IMG/VR virus record: IMGVR_UViG_3300021964_000036 | Span: 1-64,000 of that record | DNA length: 64,000 nt | Origin: a virus | Strand: one strand, 5' to 3' | In this document: piece by piece, positions 19,362 to 28,764 of the stretch | Layout: every line of letters starts with the position of its first letter | Position numbering within the stretch: position 1 is the first letter of the stretch | Notes under the pieces: model-generated | The model's database searches: none | What the model saw: the letters and a program-made list of their open reading frames with translations, nothing else | Told to the model about the DNA's origin: nothing | Program-made: the position numbers and the translations under genes

Positions 19362-19922
19362 ATGGAAGAAACTTATATTGATCCCTCTAATTTTTTTAAT
19401 GACGATAACCTTTCAAGGGGTAATTACTGGATTGCTAGTCCTGCTCTTAATAGGGTATTTTTATCGGAGGATAATTTCAATGAAATAAGCGAAACCTTTT
19501 ATACCCTTAAGGATAGGAAGATGGACAGGGTCTATCTAGAAATGGCAAAGGTGTGGGCAACAAACTCATATTGTGAAAGAATGAAAGTTGGAAGTTTGAT
19601 AGTCAAAGATAAGTCGATAATATCCGACGGCTACAACGGGGCACCAACTGGATTCCCAAACGTGTGTGAAGATGCTTCTCACGTTACGCTGCCTCATGTA
19701 TTACACGCAGAGGCAAATGCTATTACTAAATTGGCTAAGAGTACGCAAAGTTCGGATGGGTCTACACTTTATGTTACCGTCTCTCCATGCTTCGAGTGTT
19801 CTAAACTGATAATCCAAAGTGGAATTAAAAGGTTAGTATTCCAGGAGTTATATAGAAAACTTGAATCGCTCAAATTTTTATTTGACGCTGGAATTGAACT
19901 CATTAGGTTAAATAATAAATAG
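19362..19922 (+). CDS. dCMP deaminase
   Basis: DGYNG, HAEANA, PCFEC; start moved to the ATG downstream of the promoter. Confidence 0.92.
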   Translation: MEETYIDPSNFFNDDNLSRGNYWIASPALNRVFLSEDNFNEISETFYTLKDRKMDRVYLEMAKVWATNSYCERMKVGSLIVKDKSIISDGYNGAPTGFPNVCEDASHVTLPHVLHAEANAITKLAKSTQSSDGSTLYVTVSPCFECSKLIIQSGIKRLVFQELYRKLESLKFLFDAGIELIRLNNK

Positions 19923-19956
19923 GAGGTAAAAGGAAATTACTAGGGGAATCAAAAAA

Positions 19957-20574
19957 ATGGCAAAAGAAAAAAACATACAAATTCTAGCTGAAAGCTTCAT
20001 TCAGACTAGAGGAGAGAGGGAATTCAAGTACCTCTACGAAAGAGTAAAACCAGGGGTATTAAATCATTGTTACGGTATTTTGAAAGACTTTGAGCTAGCG
20101 GAGGATGCTTTCCTTAATGCTATGTCGAAGGTCTGGCAAAAGATAGAACAATATGATAGCGAGAGAGGGAATTTTTCTACGTGGTGTTACAACATTGCTA
20201 GAAATGAATCTCTACTTTTGCTAAAAAGCAGAAAAAGATATATTTCTCAATCTTCTGAAGAGATGGAATACACTTCTGCAAAGGCAGAAGAAAAGAACAG
20301 ATCATATGACATTGAAGACGATCCTCTTTGGGATTTCCTTTCGGGAGGTAGCGATATAGATGATGTATATGAGCAAGTAATAGACGAAATTAAGGAACTT
20401 CCGGATATCTATCGTGATATAATGATCGATCGTGAAATAAATGGTATGAAATACAAAGATATTGCTATTAAATACGATATAAAGAAGAGATCAATTGCTA
20501 CAAGAATTAGAAGAGCTCGTACTAAGATCAGAAAGAAGATGGAGGATGCTATGGGTAAATCTGATTTCAAATAA
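19957..20574 (+). CDS. ECF-type sigma-70 family RNA polymerase sigma factor
   Basis: Region 2 (AEDAF...FSTWCYNIARN) and region 4 (MKYKDIA...IATRIRRAR). Confidence 0.88.
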   Translation: MAKEKNIQILAESFIQTRGEREFKYLYERVKPGVLNHCYGILKDFELAEDAFLNAMSKVWQKIEQYDSERGNFSTWCYNIARNESLLLLKSRKRYISQSSEEMEYTSAKAEEKNRSYDIEDDPLWDFLSGGSDIDDVYEQVIDEIKELPDIYRDIMIDREINGMKYKDIAIKYDIKKRSIATRIRRARTKIRKKMEDAMGKSDFK

Positions 20575-21039
20575 ATGATGGGAAGAATTCTAGCTATTTT
20601 TAGGTTATTAAAAATTCTTAAGGAATTAAGGGTTTATTACCAATACAGGATTTCTGTATATGACGAGAGCATTAATTCCCCCATCTGGACAAGGTTAAGA
20701 CTCAGGAAGGATTGGTTAAGAAGAATTTATACGGTAGTAAACTTACCTCCTGAGGTTACTATGTCACGTGAATTTCCCGTAGATGCTAGACCTGCTTATG
20801 TGTTCGAAGAACTTAAGCCCGTAAACGACTATCTCACTAAACTTAATCTGCAGGAGGTTCTTACCCCAGTTCTTAAACCTATACCAGAGACTAATGGGGA
20901 TTCTTATTTAGTTATCTATTATTTCTTTTTTAGGTACCTTTCATGGATATGGATATTTAGATTTATAACAGAGGTAACACTGGTTACTTTATGTGTGTTG
21001 AACTGGAATGCAATTATAACTTACTTAGGAATTGTTTGA
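20575..21039 (+). CDS. Hypothetical membrane protein
   Basis: C-terminal hydrophobic segments. Confidence 0.65.
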   Translation: MMGRILAIFRLLKILKELRVYYQYRISVYDESINSPIWTRLRLRKDWLRRIYTVVNLPPEVTMSREFPVDARPAYVFEELKPVNDYLTKLNLQEVLTPVLKPIPETNGDSYLVIYYFFFRYLSWIWIFRFITEVTLVTLCVLNWNAIITYLGIV

Positions 21040-21838
21040 TTTAGAAAATACAAGGAAGGATTACCAGAAGAAGCTAGATATTTTCAAAGACTCGAAGTTT
21101 ATTTTCAACGAATCTGCTCACACGTATCATTTCGAGGGTATTAAGTATGATTCTGTAACAACATATCTAAAAAAATTCAAAGTTCCCTTTGATCGTGAAT
21201 ATTGGTCTAATCGTAAAGCTGAAGAAAGGGGAGTAGATGTTTCGGTTATTAAAGCAGAGTGGCAGGGTAAAGCTGATGTTGCTAATGCTCTTGGAACTAA
21301 AGTACATAAGTGGATTGAAGATTATTGGATGGGATTAGATCCTGAAATGCCAGAGGATCCTGAGGTAAGGAGTAGGGTTGAAAAGTTTATATCTCTTAAG
21401 GAAGAAAGATTTGGAGAACTTGTTCCTCTTGAATCTGAGCTTAAAGTATTTTCTAATAAATGGAGGCTTGCAGGAACCGTTGACCAACCTTTCTTAATGT
21501 GGGATAAAAAGGAGAAAAAGCTTTTATTCCTTATTGGTGACTGGAAGACAAATAAGGAATTTAAGGACGATAAACACCCTAAGGGTAGGTTTAAAAAACT
21601 TTTACACCCATTTGCGGATCTTTATGAGAACTCACATAATGAGTATTCGATTCAAATCAGCTTATACAGACTTATTATTGAAGAGGAAACGGGATTAGAG
21701 ACCCATGGTGGTTTTTTATGTCACATTGGTCCCCAGGAAAAACCTAAGTTATATCCCGTTAAGGATTTGAGGGAAAGGTTAAAGGTATATTTACAACATA
21801 ATCGTGAAGATTTTGATGTTTTCAATATCTCTGAATGA
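21032..21838 (+). CDS. PD-(D/E)XK exonuclease
   Basis: SVTT, GTKVH, AGTVD, DWKTN, QISLY. Confidence 0.8.
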   Translation: MFDLENTRKDYQKKLDIFKDSKFIFNESAHTYHFEGIKYDSVTTYLKKFKVPFDREYWSNRKAEERGVDVSVIKAEWQGKADVANALGTKVHKWIEDYWMGLDPEMPEDPEVRSRVEKFISLKEERFGELVPLESELKVFSNKWRLAGTVDQPFLMWDKKEKKLLFLIGDWKTNKEFKDDKHPKGRFKKLLHPFADLYENSHNEYSIQISLYRLIIEEETGLETHGGFLCHIGPQEKPKLYPVKDLRERLKVYLQHNREDFDVFNISE

Positions 21839-21863
21839 AACAATATCGTTTATTAAACTAAAA
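21837..21863 (+). promoter_or_regulatory. Middle-type promoter GAAAC-N17-TAAAA
   Basis: Motif match. Confidence 0.55.
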
Positions 21864-21879
21864 AATAAAAAGCAATCAA

Positions 21880-22395
21880 ATGGCAAACAAAAAGACACAA
21901 GGAAAGATGGTAGAGCTTGATGCAAGTGAACTAGTTGATCCAATCGGAGAAGAAGCTCTTTCTAGACTAAACGAAGGTAGAATTAAGGCAGCAGAGGAAA
22001 ATCTTGAAAATGCAAAGAAAAGGGTTTCTACCAAAGTATATGCAATTCAGTTTGAATCTATGGACCATATTAACAAATTTGTTGATTTCATGGAAAATGA
22101 AGCTTCCTGGAAAGAAAAAGAATCCCTGGGTGTTATAGAAATTTGTAAAGTATTGGATAATCTCAAATCTGATGGAATAAAGAACAATATACTTTACTTA
22201 CAAGCTTTGCCTTTGGAGGCAAGTCACTACTTCATCTCAAAACAAAGTGGTAAAGGATTAAAGGAGGCGAAAGAATTTATTTCTCTCTTAAAGCCTTTTG
22301 AGCAAGGATTAGAATCTGCTAAAGCAGATGCCCAAGAAATCCAGGACCTTGAAAGAGAACTCGCAGCAGCTCAGCAGGGCATTGAAATAGCCTAA
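21880..22395 (+). CDS. Hypothetical protein
   Basis: 171-aa helical ORF. Confidence 0.7.
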   Translation: MANKKTQGKMVELDASELVDPIGEEALSRLNEGRIKAAEENLENAKKRVSTKVYAIQFESMDHINKFVDFMENEASWKEKESLGVIEICKVLDNLKSDGIKNNILYLQALPLEASHYFISKQSGKGLKEAKEFISLLKPFEQGLESAKADAQEIQDLERELAAAQQGIEIA

Positions 22396-22419
22396 AAAGG
22401 CACAAAACCATTCGAAATG

Positions 22420-22451
22420 AATAGGCTCCATTTGTTTGGGGCCTATTTTTT
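22420..22451 (+). terminator. Rho-independent terminator
   Basis: aataggctcca / tggggcctatt stem plus T-tract. Confidence 0.75.
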
Positions 22452-22472
22452 AGTGTATATGGAATAAGGTTA

Positions 22473-22480
22473 GATATATA
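22473..22480 (+). promoter_or_regulatory. Putative late promoter GATATATA
   Basis: Motif match. Confidence 0.7.
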
Positions 22481-22504
22481 GTAAAACTAAAATTGTAAAT
22501 AATC

Positions 22505-22798
22505 ATGGTACAAAAAATTAAAGATAACTTTCAATTCATCGTTTTAGGGTTTTTAGTGATTGTCTTTTTCAGACAATGTGGAGTAAATCGCGATATAGAT
22601 AGAATTGAAAAGGAGCTTAAAGCTTCTAACGCTGAGCTTAACACTAAATTAGATTCAATCAATACACTAACTAAGGCTGAAATTAGGCACGAGATGAATC
22701 AGGTAATGTTCCAATTCCTTATTTATGAAGATGACTTTGATAAGAAAAGGATTTCTCTGTCTGAGATAAAAAACAAATTAGAAGCAAGTGAAGAGTAA
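22505..22798 (+). CDS. Membrane-anchored coiled-coil protein (spanin-like?)
   Basis: N-terminal TM helix ending FFRQCG, then coiled coil. Confidence 0.55.
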   Translation: MVQKIKDNFQFIVLGFLVIVFFRQCGVNRDIDRIEKELKASNAELNTKLDSINTLTKAEIRHEMNQVMFQFLIYEDDFDKKRISLSEIKNKLEASEE

Positions 22799-23582
22799 AT
22801 CAAAACTCGTTAATGGCTTTATCATAACCACCTTCGTTTCTTTGTATTTGATGGTGTCTGTGATATCTACCATTCACGTTATTGACTTTTTTAAACTATC
22901 CAACCCCACGTGGTTGGCAATTTCTTTGGCAATAGCTTTTGAGGTTGGTGCTGCAGCATCTCTTGCCTCTTTAATTGTAATGGAAAAAATGAACAAATCC
23001 CTTGTTTGGTTCCTATTTATTCTGTTGACCGCAATGCAAGCCATGGGGAACACATACTATGCATTCGTTAATCTGGGTGACTATACTTCTTGGTCTGAAT
23101 TATTTGGATTGATAGAGGAGGAAGAGATATTCCAAAAGAGGATACTCTCAATTGTATCTGGTGCTATTCTTCCTATAGTAGCATTAGGGTTTATTAAATC
23201 ACTTGTCGATTATATTAAACCAGATAGCGAGGAAAAACTTCAAAACGAAGATTCTGGTATCGAAATGGAGGATGCTGTAGATCTTGGTGATGATATAAGC
23301 GAGCCTTTAATCTATGATTCCTCTTATGAAATGAGCAACATTCCTGGTGGAAAAATGGAATTAGAAAATAGCTTAAATGAAAACGACGAAATTGTTGAGG
23401 ATTTTTACGGGTCAGAGTCTATTGTTACAGCAGAAACATCAGGATCTGAAAAAAATGAAGAGACCATAAAACCAATTGCAGATAGCAATGTTGAGATAGT
23501 AAATGCAAACGCAAACAAGAGGATTAGACCAAAAGTTGTTGCTATGCCAGAAAATCCTGACATAAACCCCACTAGACTTTAA
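22788..23582 (+). CDS. Multi-pass membrane protein with acidic tail
   Basis: About four hydrophobic helices then D/E-rich region. Confidence 0.7.
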   Translation: MKSKSKLVNGFIITTFVSLYLMVSVISTIHVIDFFKLSNPTWLAISLAIAFEVGAAASLASLIVMEKMNKSLVWFLFILLTAMQAMGNTYYAFVNLGDYTSWSELFGLIEEEEIFQKRILSIVSGAILPIVALGFIKSLVDYIKPDSEEKLQNEDSGIEMEDAVDLGDDISEPLIYDSSYEMSNIPGGKMELENSLNENDEIVEDFYGSESIVTAETSGSEKNEETIKPIADSNVEIVNANANKRIRPKVVAMPENPDINPTRL

Positions 23583-23583
23583 T

Positions 23584-24258
23584 ATGAGCGCAAACATAGG
23601 TGATAACTTGGAGATTTTCGGTGGAGGATCTAGTGTAGGTGGCACAGGATCAGGTACTCCTTTTGGCTATGGCGACAGCAATAGTGCATTGACTACTGGA
23701 CAATCCGGTCCGTTTGACACCAAGTATACCCTAATTGCTAACACCCCTGGTTCTTTGAAGAGGGTAAATCTTACTTTCTCAAATTATAATGATCCACACG
23801 AGGTAAGAATATTCCAAACCTCTATGAATGTTACATATCAAGCAGACATAGAAGAAAAGCTTGACCTTTCCGAATATTTTCACCCACTACAGTCTTTTTC
23901 TGGTTACCAGAAACAAACTTTTGTAATATCACCGGATTCTTCAATTAACCTTGATCCTGGTGATTATGATACCACTTTGGGAGAAGTGAGCTTACTACTT
24001 GCTAGAGCAAGGTATTATGCAGATGCTGAGGAGGATCAAAGGCTTTTATACTGGCATTATAATAGCGGATTAAGATACGTTATGTCAGATGTGATGATGC
24101 TAACCGGACAAGTTAAACCTGATGCTTCTTGGAAAGGATGGCAAACTTTGCCTGATTTAGAAGATCAGGTTGGATATACAGGAGCAGCTACTGGTGGATT
24201 TGTATTTTCAAATCCAACTGAATATCCAGTTAAGCTAACAATATTAACAGCAAGCTAA
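23584..24258 (+). CDS. Hypothetical, probably structural; paralogue of next gene
   Basis: Ends GGFVFSNP...VKLTIL. Confidence 0.65.
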   Translation: MSANIGDNLEIFGGGSSVGGTGSGTPFGYGDSNSALTTGQSGPFDTKYTLIANTPGSLKRVNLTFSNYNDPHEVRIFQTSMNVTYQADIEEKLDLSEYFHPLQSFSGYQKQTFVISPDSSINLDPGDYDTTLGEVSLLLARARYYADAEEDQRLLYWHYNSGLRYVMSDVMMLTGQVKPDASWKGWQTLPDLEDQVGYTGAATGGFVFSNPTEYPVKLTILTAS

Positions 24259-24803
24259 TGGCAACCAGACCTATCATATGTCCTCCACAACCTATAGATG
24301 GATTCCTTTTTAGAAAGGACAAATTCGTGCTTGAGGAAGATTACAACATAACAAATTTCATAGATTTTAGTGATCTCCAGGATGAAGTTATATCATATTC
24401 AAGACTTAGAGTAACACTTAAAAGAAATAAAAGTGTAAAGATAAGCCAAACAGACATAGGTGATGAAAATGGATTCGTCAAATGGATAGCAGTGAAGGTT
24501 AAGTATCCTGCACCAAAAGACCCGGTTCTTTTTGGGTCCCAGACACCAATTATACCTGGTGTTCCAACTCCTACCAATGGAACTCCACAGGTGAAGAAAT
24601 ATATTTATTGGACATATAGGAATAATACCTATAATGTAGGAGAATTAATGATTTTAACCGGTGGAAAGCTAGGTTCCACTGATTCTGAAAAAACTGGATG
24701 GAATCTAAGTGAGGATTTTTTACCTTATGAGGATGGAGGAATCACATTCAGCAACCCACACACCGACATTGACGTAAAGCTTGAAATTATTATAGCGAGA
24801 TAA
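24258..24803 (+). CDS. Hypothetical, probably structural; paralogue of previous gene
   Basis: Ends GGITFSNP...VKLEII. Confidence 0.65.
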   Translation: MATRPIICPPQPIDGFLFRKDKFVLEEDYNITNFIDFSDLQDEVISYSRLRVTLKRNKSVKISQTDIGDENGFVKWIAVKVKYPAPKDPVLFGSQTPIIPGVPTPTNGTPQVKKYIYWTYRNNTYNVGELMILTGGKLGSTDSEKTGWNLSEDFLPYEDGGITFSNPHTDIDVKLEIIIAR

Positions 24804-24865
24804 TTTTTCCAAAAAACCTGGATTGGTTGGAATATATAATGGAAAAGTTTCAATATCGCAGGTGT

Positions 24866-24873
24866 GATATATA
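24866..24873 (+). promoter_or_regulatory. Putative late promoter GATATATA
   Basis: Overlaps the GTG chosen by the ORF track, favouring ATG 24897. Confidence 0.65.
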
Positions 24874-24896
24874 AAAAGCAAAAAAACACAAGTAGA

Positions 24897-27689
24897 ATGG
24901 ACTTACTTAATCAATTAAAAACTCTTAGGGAAACAACCACTAATCCTGAGGTTAAATCGATTTGCGAATCCCACATTAATAAAATACAAAATGGGGAATC
25001 TGTAAATGAATCCGCAATCCTTGAATCTGTTGACCAGGTAGTAAAGGAAAGCGAAGGCGAAACCGCTGCAAACCCTATCGAAATGCTAAGACAGCAAGAA
25101 ATAGAAAGATCTAAATCAGCAGCTCAAAGGCTAATGGAGTCTTGGGGTGGAATTGGATCTAATTCTTCTAGAAATTCAGGATCTTATGTAGATGGTAAGA
25201 AAGAAGATACTGCGGAGGTTACTAATATTTCAGAGAGTCTTAAAGAGGTAGCAGAAAAGGATCCTTCAGCTAAAGCATTCCTCGATTCACAGGCAGTTAA
25301 CAACCTTGGCGTTTATGAGTCTATTCTATCTTTAAAAGGAACAGGTATTTATGAACATCCAAATGTTAAGATACTTTGTGAAAAGTTCACTCACCTTCTA
25401 AAGAATAATAATACCCCTGAATTTTTATTAGCAGAGGCATTTGTCCAAGAACTACAAAACTTCAACTGGGATAACAAAGTAAAAGCTGCTGTAGAAGCAA
25501 TTAAGGAAAATATTGCTTCACTTAGACCTGAAATTGAGGTTTCAAAAGCTTTATATTCTATCGAAAAGAACGCTGGTTCTGATTTTTATTCGCCAGTAAC
25601 AGAATCTCTGAATAAGTGGTTGATATCAGAGAATAAGTCCGTTGCACTTTTGTCCAAAGAGATCTCAAGATGGTCTTTCAACCCAACGGTAAGAAATCTT
25701 GTGAATACGCTTTCTCTAATGGAATCTTCAGAGTCTAAGCTAAGTATTCCTGTAAACAACGGAAATTCTTCGGTGAGGAAAGTTTATTCTCCAGTTCATG
25801 TTGCTGGTGGCAAAACTGTATTTACTATTGGTAACAACGTATTTGAAGGTAACTCTGAGGGAATCAAGAGACTTTCAAATGTTGAATATGCTTCTCTACC
25901 AGAAGAGTTTAGATCTTTGCTAGAGTCATTCTATTCTCCGATGGTTAAGATAAATGAGAGTGGTTTAAGTTTCTATGTTGGAAACAGCAGCTTTAAGATA
26001 GTGGAAGAGTCTGATTCGGTATCAATATATTCTAGGGATAATAAGATTAACTTTAGTGACAAAACTCAGCTGGCTAAGCAGATAGCTCTAGAAATATCTG
26101 GAAGCTTAGGAGTTAACGAATCAAAAGCGGTTTCTGACATAATTAACCTTTATGAAAACTTCTCAAATGTTGTTGAACTTGATTTTGCTAAAAGATTAGA
26201 GTCTAAAGTTTTCGAAGGTGTAGCAGTAAACTTGATTAAATGGAACTCAAACCTTTACCTCAACAGGATCAATGAAGGTATGAATGAGAATTCCTTATTC
26301 CAAGTAAACGGTACACAAGCTACTTCGATGGTTAAGGATCTGATGAAATATGATATTTCTGAAGGACTAACGGAGTTCTTGGATGGAGAGAACAGGATTA
26401 AGTCAATTATGCTTAATGACAGAAAGCAAATTATTGATAACATCGCTATCGTTGAAAACGAGATTAACAAAATCTCACAAGCAATGTCTACAAACCCACT
26501 TTATGAAAATTCTAAAGAAATGGTAAGAGCTAAGCATATGCTTGAGCAAGAACTATCTTCTCTTAGAAAAAAATGGGCAGCAGTTAATGAAGAGATCGAA
26601 AAAATAGAATCTTCTTCTGTTGAGGTAGAAGAGATAAACGAGGATCAGAAATTCAATGTTGGTGATTACGTAAAAGTTAAAGAGTCTGGAAATACTGGAA
26701 AGATTATTTCTATGGATAGCACATCTGGATCTTACACTGTTTTGATGGATAATGGAAGAACCGGTGATTTCAGAATGGATGAGATTGTTGATATTGAAGA
26801 AGCTTTAAAATCTGCTGGTGAAGAAAATCAGGAAGCTGATGAAACCCAGGAAGATGTTAAAGAGAACGAATCACCAATTGAAACTTCTGAGGAAATTCTA
26901 GAGGATACTTTAGAAGAGTCTTCTCATGATATGGCAGTAGCTCCAGAGAACAAAACAGCATCTGAAAAGGATAAAACTCCAGCCGCTACATTAAAAGCAA
27001 ATACCTCTGAGGCACCTTCGTCTAAAGATCAAGACGAAGATGGTAAAAAGGACATTGAAAAGGAAGATCATGCTAATTTGGAAGAAGCACCTGAAGGAAT
27101 TGAGAAAGGGACTGATTATAGTGTCAAGCTTAAAGACTCTTTGGTAGATGAGGTCGGATATAACGTAAACGAAAATACCGAAGAAGTTGAGTCGGCTGAC
27201 AACGAAATGTCTTCAGCACCTGCGGAAGGAAATTCAGAGTTATCTGAAAGAGACGTTGAAAACACAGATCAGCAATTAGCTGAAGCCCCAGGCGGAAGAT
27301 CTCATGCTGATTATGATGTAAAATCTGTTAAAGGTGAAGAGTCAAACCCAGATATGGTAAAAACAGACCCAGATATGGCATCTGCTCCTGGTGACGGTAC
27401 AGATAAAGAATTACACCACGAAATTAGTGGAGAGATGGGATATAACCTTGATGAAGCGGATGACGTGGAAAAAACAGACCAGCAATTAGCAGTTGCTCCT
27501 GGTGGTGAGCACAAAGCAGAATATGATGTTGAAGTAGCTAAGGCAGAAAAAGCAGCAGCTGATATCATGAAAACCAACCAGGAATTAGCAGAAGCACCAG
27601 CAGCTGGCACTGATGCTGAAACAGATGTAGAGGTTAACACAGAAATGGGATATAACCTTGACGAAAGCGAAGAGTCAAAAAAAAACTAA
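24897..27689 (+). CDS. Large acidic head-core/internal protein with SH3/KOW-like segment and AP-containing repeats
   Basis: Many (I/L/V)NE sites, FNVGDYVKVK..GNTGKI, repeats such as QQLAEAPGG and EMGYNLDE. Confidence 0.7.
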   Translation: MDLLNQLKTLRETTTNPEVKSICESHINKIQNGESVNESAILESVDQVVKESEGETAANPIEMLRQQEIERSKSAAQRLMESWGGIGSNSSRNSGSYVDGKKEDTAEVTNISESLKEVAEKDPSAKAFLDSQAVNNLGVYESILSLKGTGIYEHPNVKILCEKFTHLLKNNNTPEFLLAEAFVQELQNFNWDNKVKAAVEAIKENIASLRPEIEVSKALYSIEKNAGSDFYSPVTESLNKWLISENKSVALLSKEISRWSFNPTVRNLVNTLSLMESSESKLSIPVNNGNSSVRKVYSPVHVAGGKTVFTIGNNVFEGNSEGIKRLSNVEYASLPEEFRSLLESFYSPMVKINESGLSFYVGNSSFKIVEESDSVSIYSRDNKINFSDKTQLAKQIALEISGSLGVNESKAVSDIINLYENFSNVVELDFAKRLESKVFEGVAVNLIKWNSNLYLNRINEGMNENSLFQVNGTQATSMVKDLMKYDISEGLTEFLDGENRIKSIMLNDRKQIIDNIAIVENEINKISQAMSTNPLYENSKEMVRAKHMLEQELSSLRKKWAAVNEEIEKIESSSVEVEEINEDQKFNVGDYVKVKESGNTGKIISMDSTSGSYTVLMDNGRTGDFRMDEIVDIEEALKSAGEENQEADETQEDVKENESPIETSEEILEDTLEESSHDMAVAPENKTASEKDKTPAATLKANTSEAPSSKDQDEDGKKDIEKEDHANLEEAPEGIEKGTDYSVKLKDSLVDEVGYNVNENTEEVESADNEMSSAPAEGNSELSERDVENTDQQLAEAPGGRSHADYDVKSVKGEESNPDMVKTDPDMASAPGDGTDKELHHEISGEMGYNLDEADDVEKTDQQLAVAPGGEHKAEYDVEVAKAEKAAADIMKTNQELAEAPAAGTDAETDVEVNTEMGYNLDESEESKKN

Positions 27690-27865
27690 GAAAAATACTT
27701 AGTAAAGTTTGGGCTTTTGCTCCTACTGGAGAGGAACAATCTGAATCACCAGAGCCTTTCGTTGATAATATCAAAGACAAAATGAGCGTCGCCCCAGATG
27801 GAAAAGAACCTACTGGGGACACGCTCATTTCTTCTGAAGATGGGACCGAAGAGGATAAGGTTTAG
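27680..27865 (+). other. Candidate -1 frameshift site (A AAA AAC) and 59-codon extension
   Basis: -1 frame open 27686-27865 and encodes two more AP repeats (WAFAPTG, MSVAPDG). Confidence 0.6.
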
Positions 27866-27868
27866 ACC

Positions 27869-27896
27869 GAAACTAACCTCGAGGTTTAAACTAAAA
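27869..27896 (+). promoter_or_regulatory. Middle-type promoter GAAAC-N18-TAAAA upstream of the late sigma
   Basis: Motif match. Confidence 0.6.
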
Positions 27897-27916
27897 ATAA
27901 TACAAGTGTAAAGGTT

Positions 27917-28276
27917 ATGGCAAAGGCTTACGTAAGAAATAAAGATCTGATGGCTGCAGTATTAGAGTCAAAAGAAAAAGGAGAACTTACTTCAGAGACT
28001 ATAGAGATGTTTGGTCTTATGGTTCAGGGTATATCTAAAAAGATGGCATATAGGGATCCCGAAGACAAAGCTGATTGTATGGCTTTTGCAATGGAGGATC
28101 TTTGCAAATATTGGAATAGATTCAATCCAGAAAAATCAAACAATCCGTTTGCTTACTATACACAAATAGCAAAAAATGGGTTTGCTAAGGGGTGGAAAAA
28201 AATACATCCTCCGAAGGCACCTAAAACAATACCATTTTCATATATCACTGGAGACGACAATACGTATAATGTGTAA
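27917..28276 (+). CDS. Late-transcription sigma factor (T4 gp55-like)
   Basis: YVRNKDL and RFNPEKSNNPFAYYTQI signature. Confidence 0.85.
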   Translation: MAKAYVRNKDLMAAVLESKEKGELTSETIEMFGLMVQGISKKMAYRDPEDKADCMAFAMEDLCKYWNRFNPEKSNNPFAYYTQIAKNGFAKGWKKIHPPKAPKTIPFSYITGDDNTYNV

Positions 28277-28278
28277 GA

Positions 28279-28764
28279 ATGCCAGATATAAAGAAAATAA
28301 AACCCAATGGGGATTATAAATCTGGACTGTATGTACCACAGAACCCAGATAAATATATCGGTGATGTTCACAATATAATATGTAGGTCCTCTTGGGAATT
28401 TAGATTCTGTCGCTATTGTGACAATAACGATCGCATCTTGAAATGGAGCTCAGAGCCAATATCAATTCCTTATTACAACCCTCTTGATAAAAAAGAGCAC
28501 CAGTACCATGTTGATTTTTACATGCAAGTGCTAAAGGACGATGAGCAAACTCAGGATTGGATTATTGAGGTAAAACCAGAAAAGCATTTTAAGAAACCTA
28601 TTCTTGAGGGTAATAGTACTTTAAAGAAGTTAAAGTCTTATAATCACAAGATGCAAATTTGGATTACCAATCAGGCTAAATTCAAAGCAGCTCAGAGGTG
28701 GGCAGATGCTAGGGGCTATAAATTTGGTGTGGTTGATGAGAATTTTTTATTTAAGAGCAAGTGA
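28279..28764 (+). CDS. Head completion nuclease (T4 gp4-like)
   Basis: PQNPDKYIGD, RSSWE, WSSE, YHVDF, IEVKP, NQAKFKAA. Confidence 0.85.
   Translation: MPDIKKIKPNGDYKSGLYVPQNPDKYIGDVHNIICRSSWEFRFCRYCDNNDRILKWSSEPISIPYYNPLDKKEHQYHVDFYMQVLKDDEQTQDWIIEVKPEKHFKKPILEGNSTLKKLKSYNHKMQIWITNQAKFKAAQRWADARGYKFGVVDENFLFKSK

Noticed and set aside
21032-21838. Cas4 / CRISPR adaptation gene
   Set aside because: PD-(D/E)XK nuclease lacking the four Fe-S cysteines and any CRISPR context
28279-28764. TnsA transposase of a Tn7-like element
   Set aside because: Motifs and neighbours (gp55, gp2, portal) fit T4 gp4; no tnsB/tnsC or transposon ends
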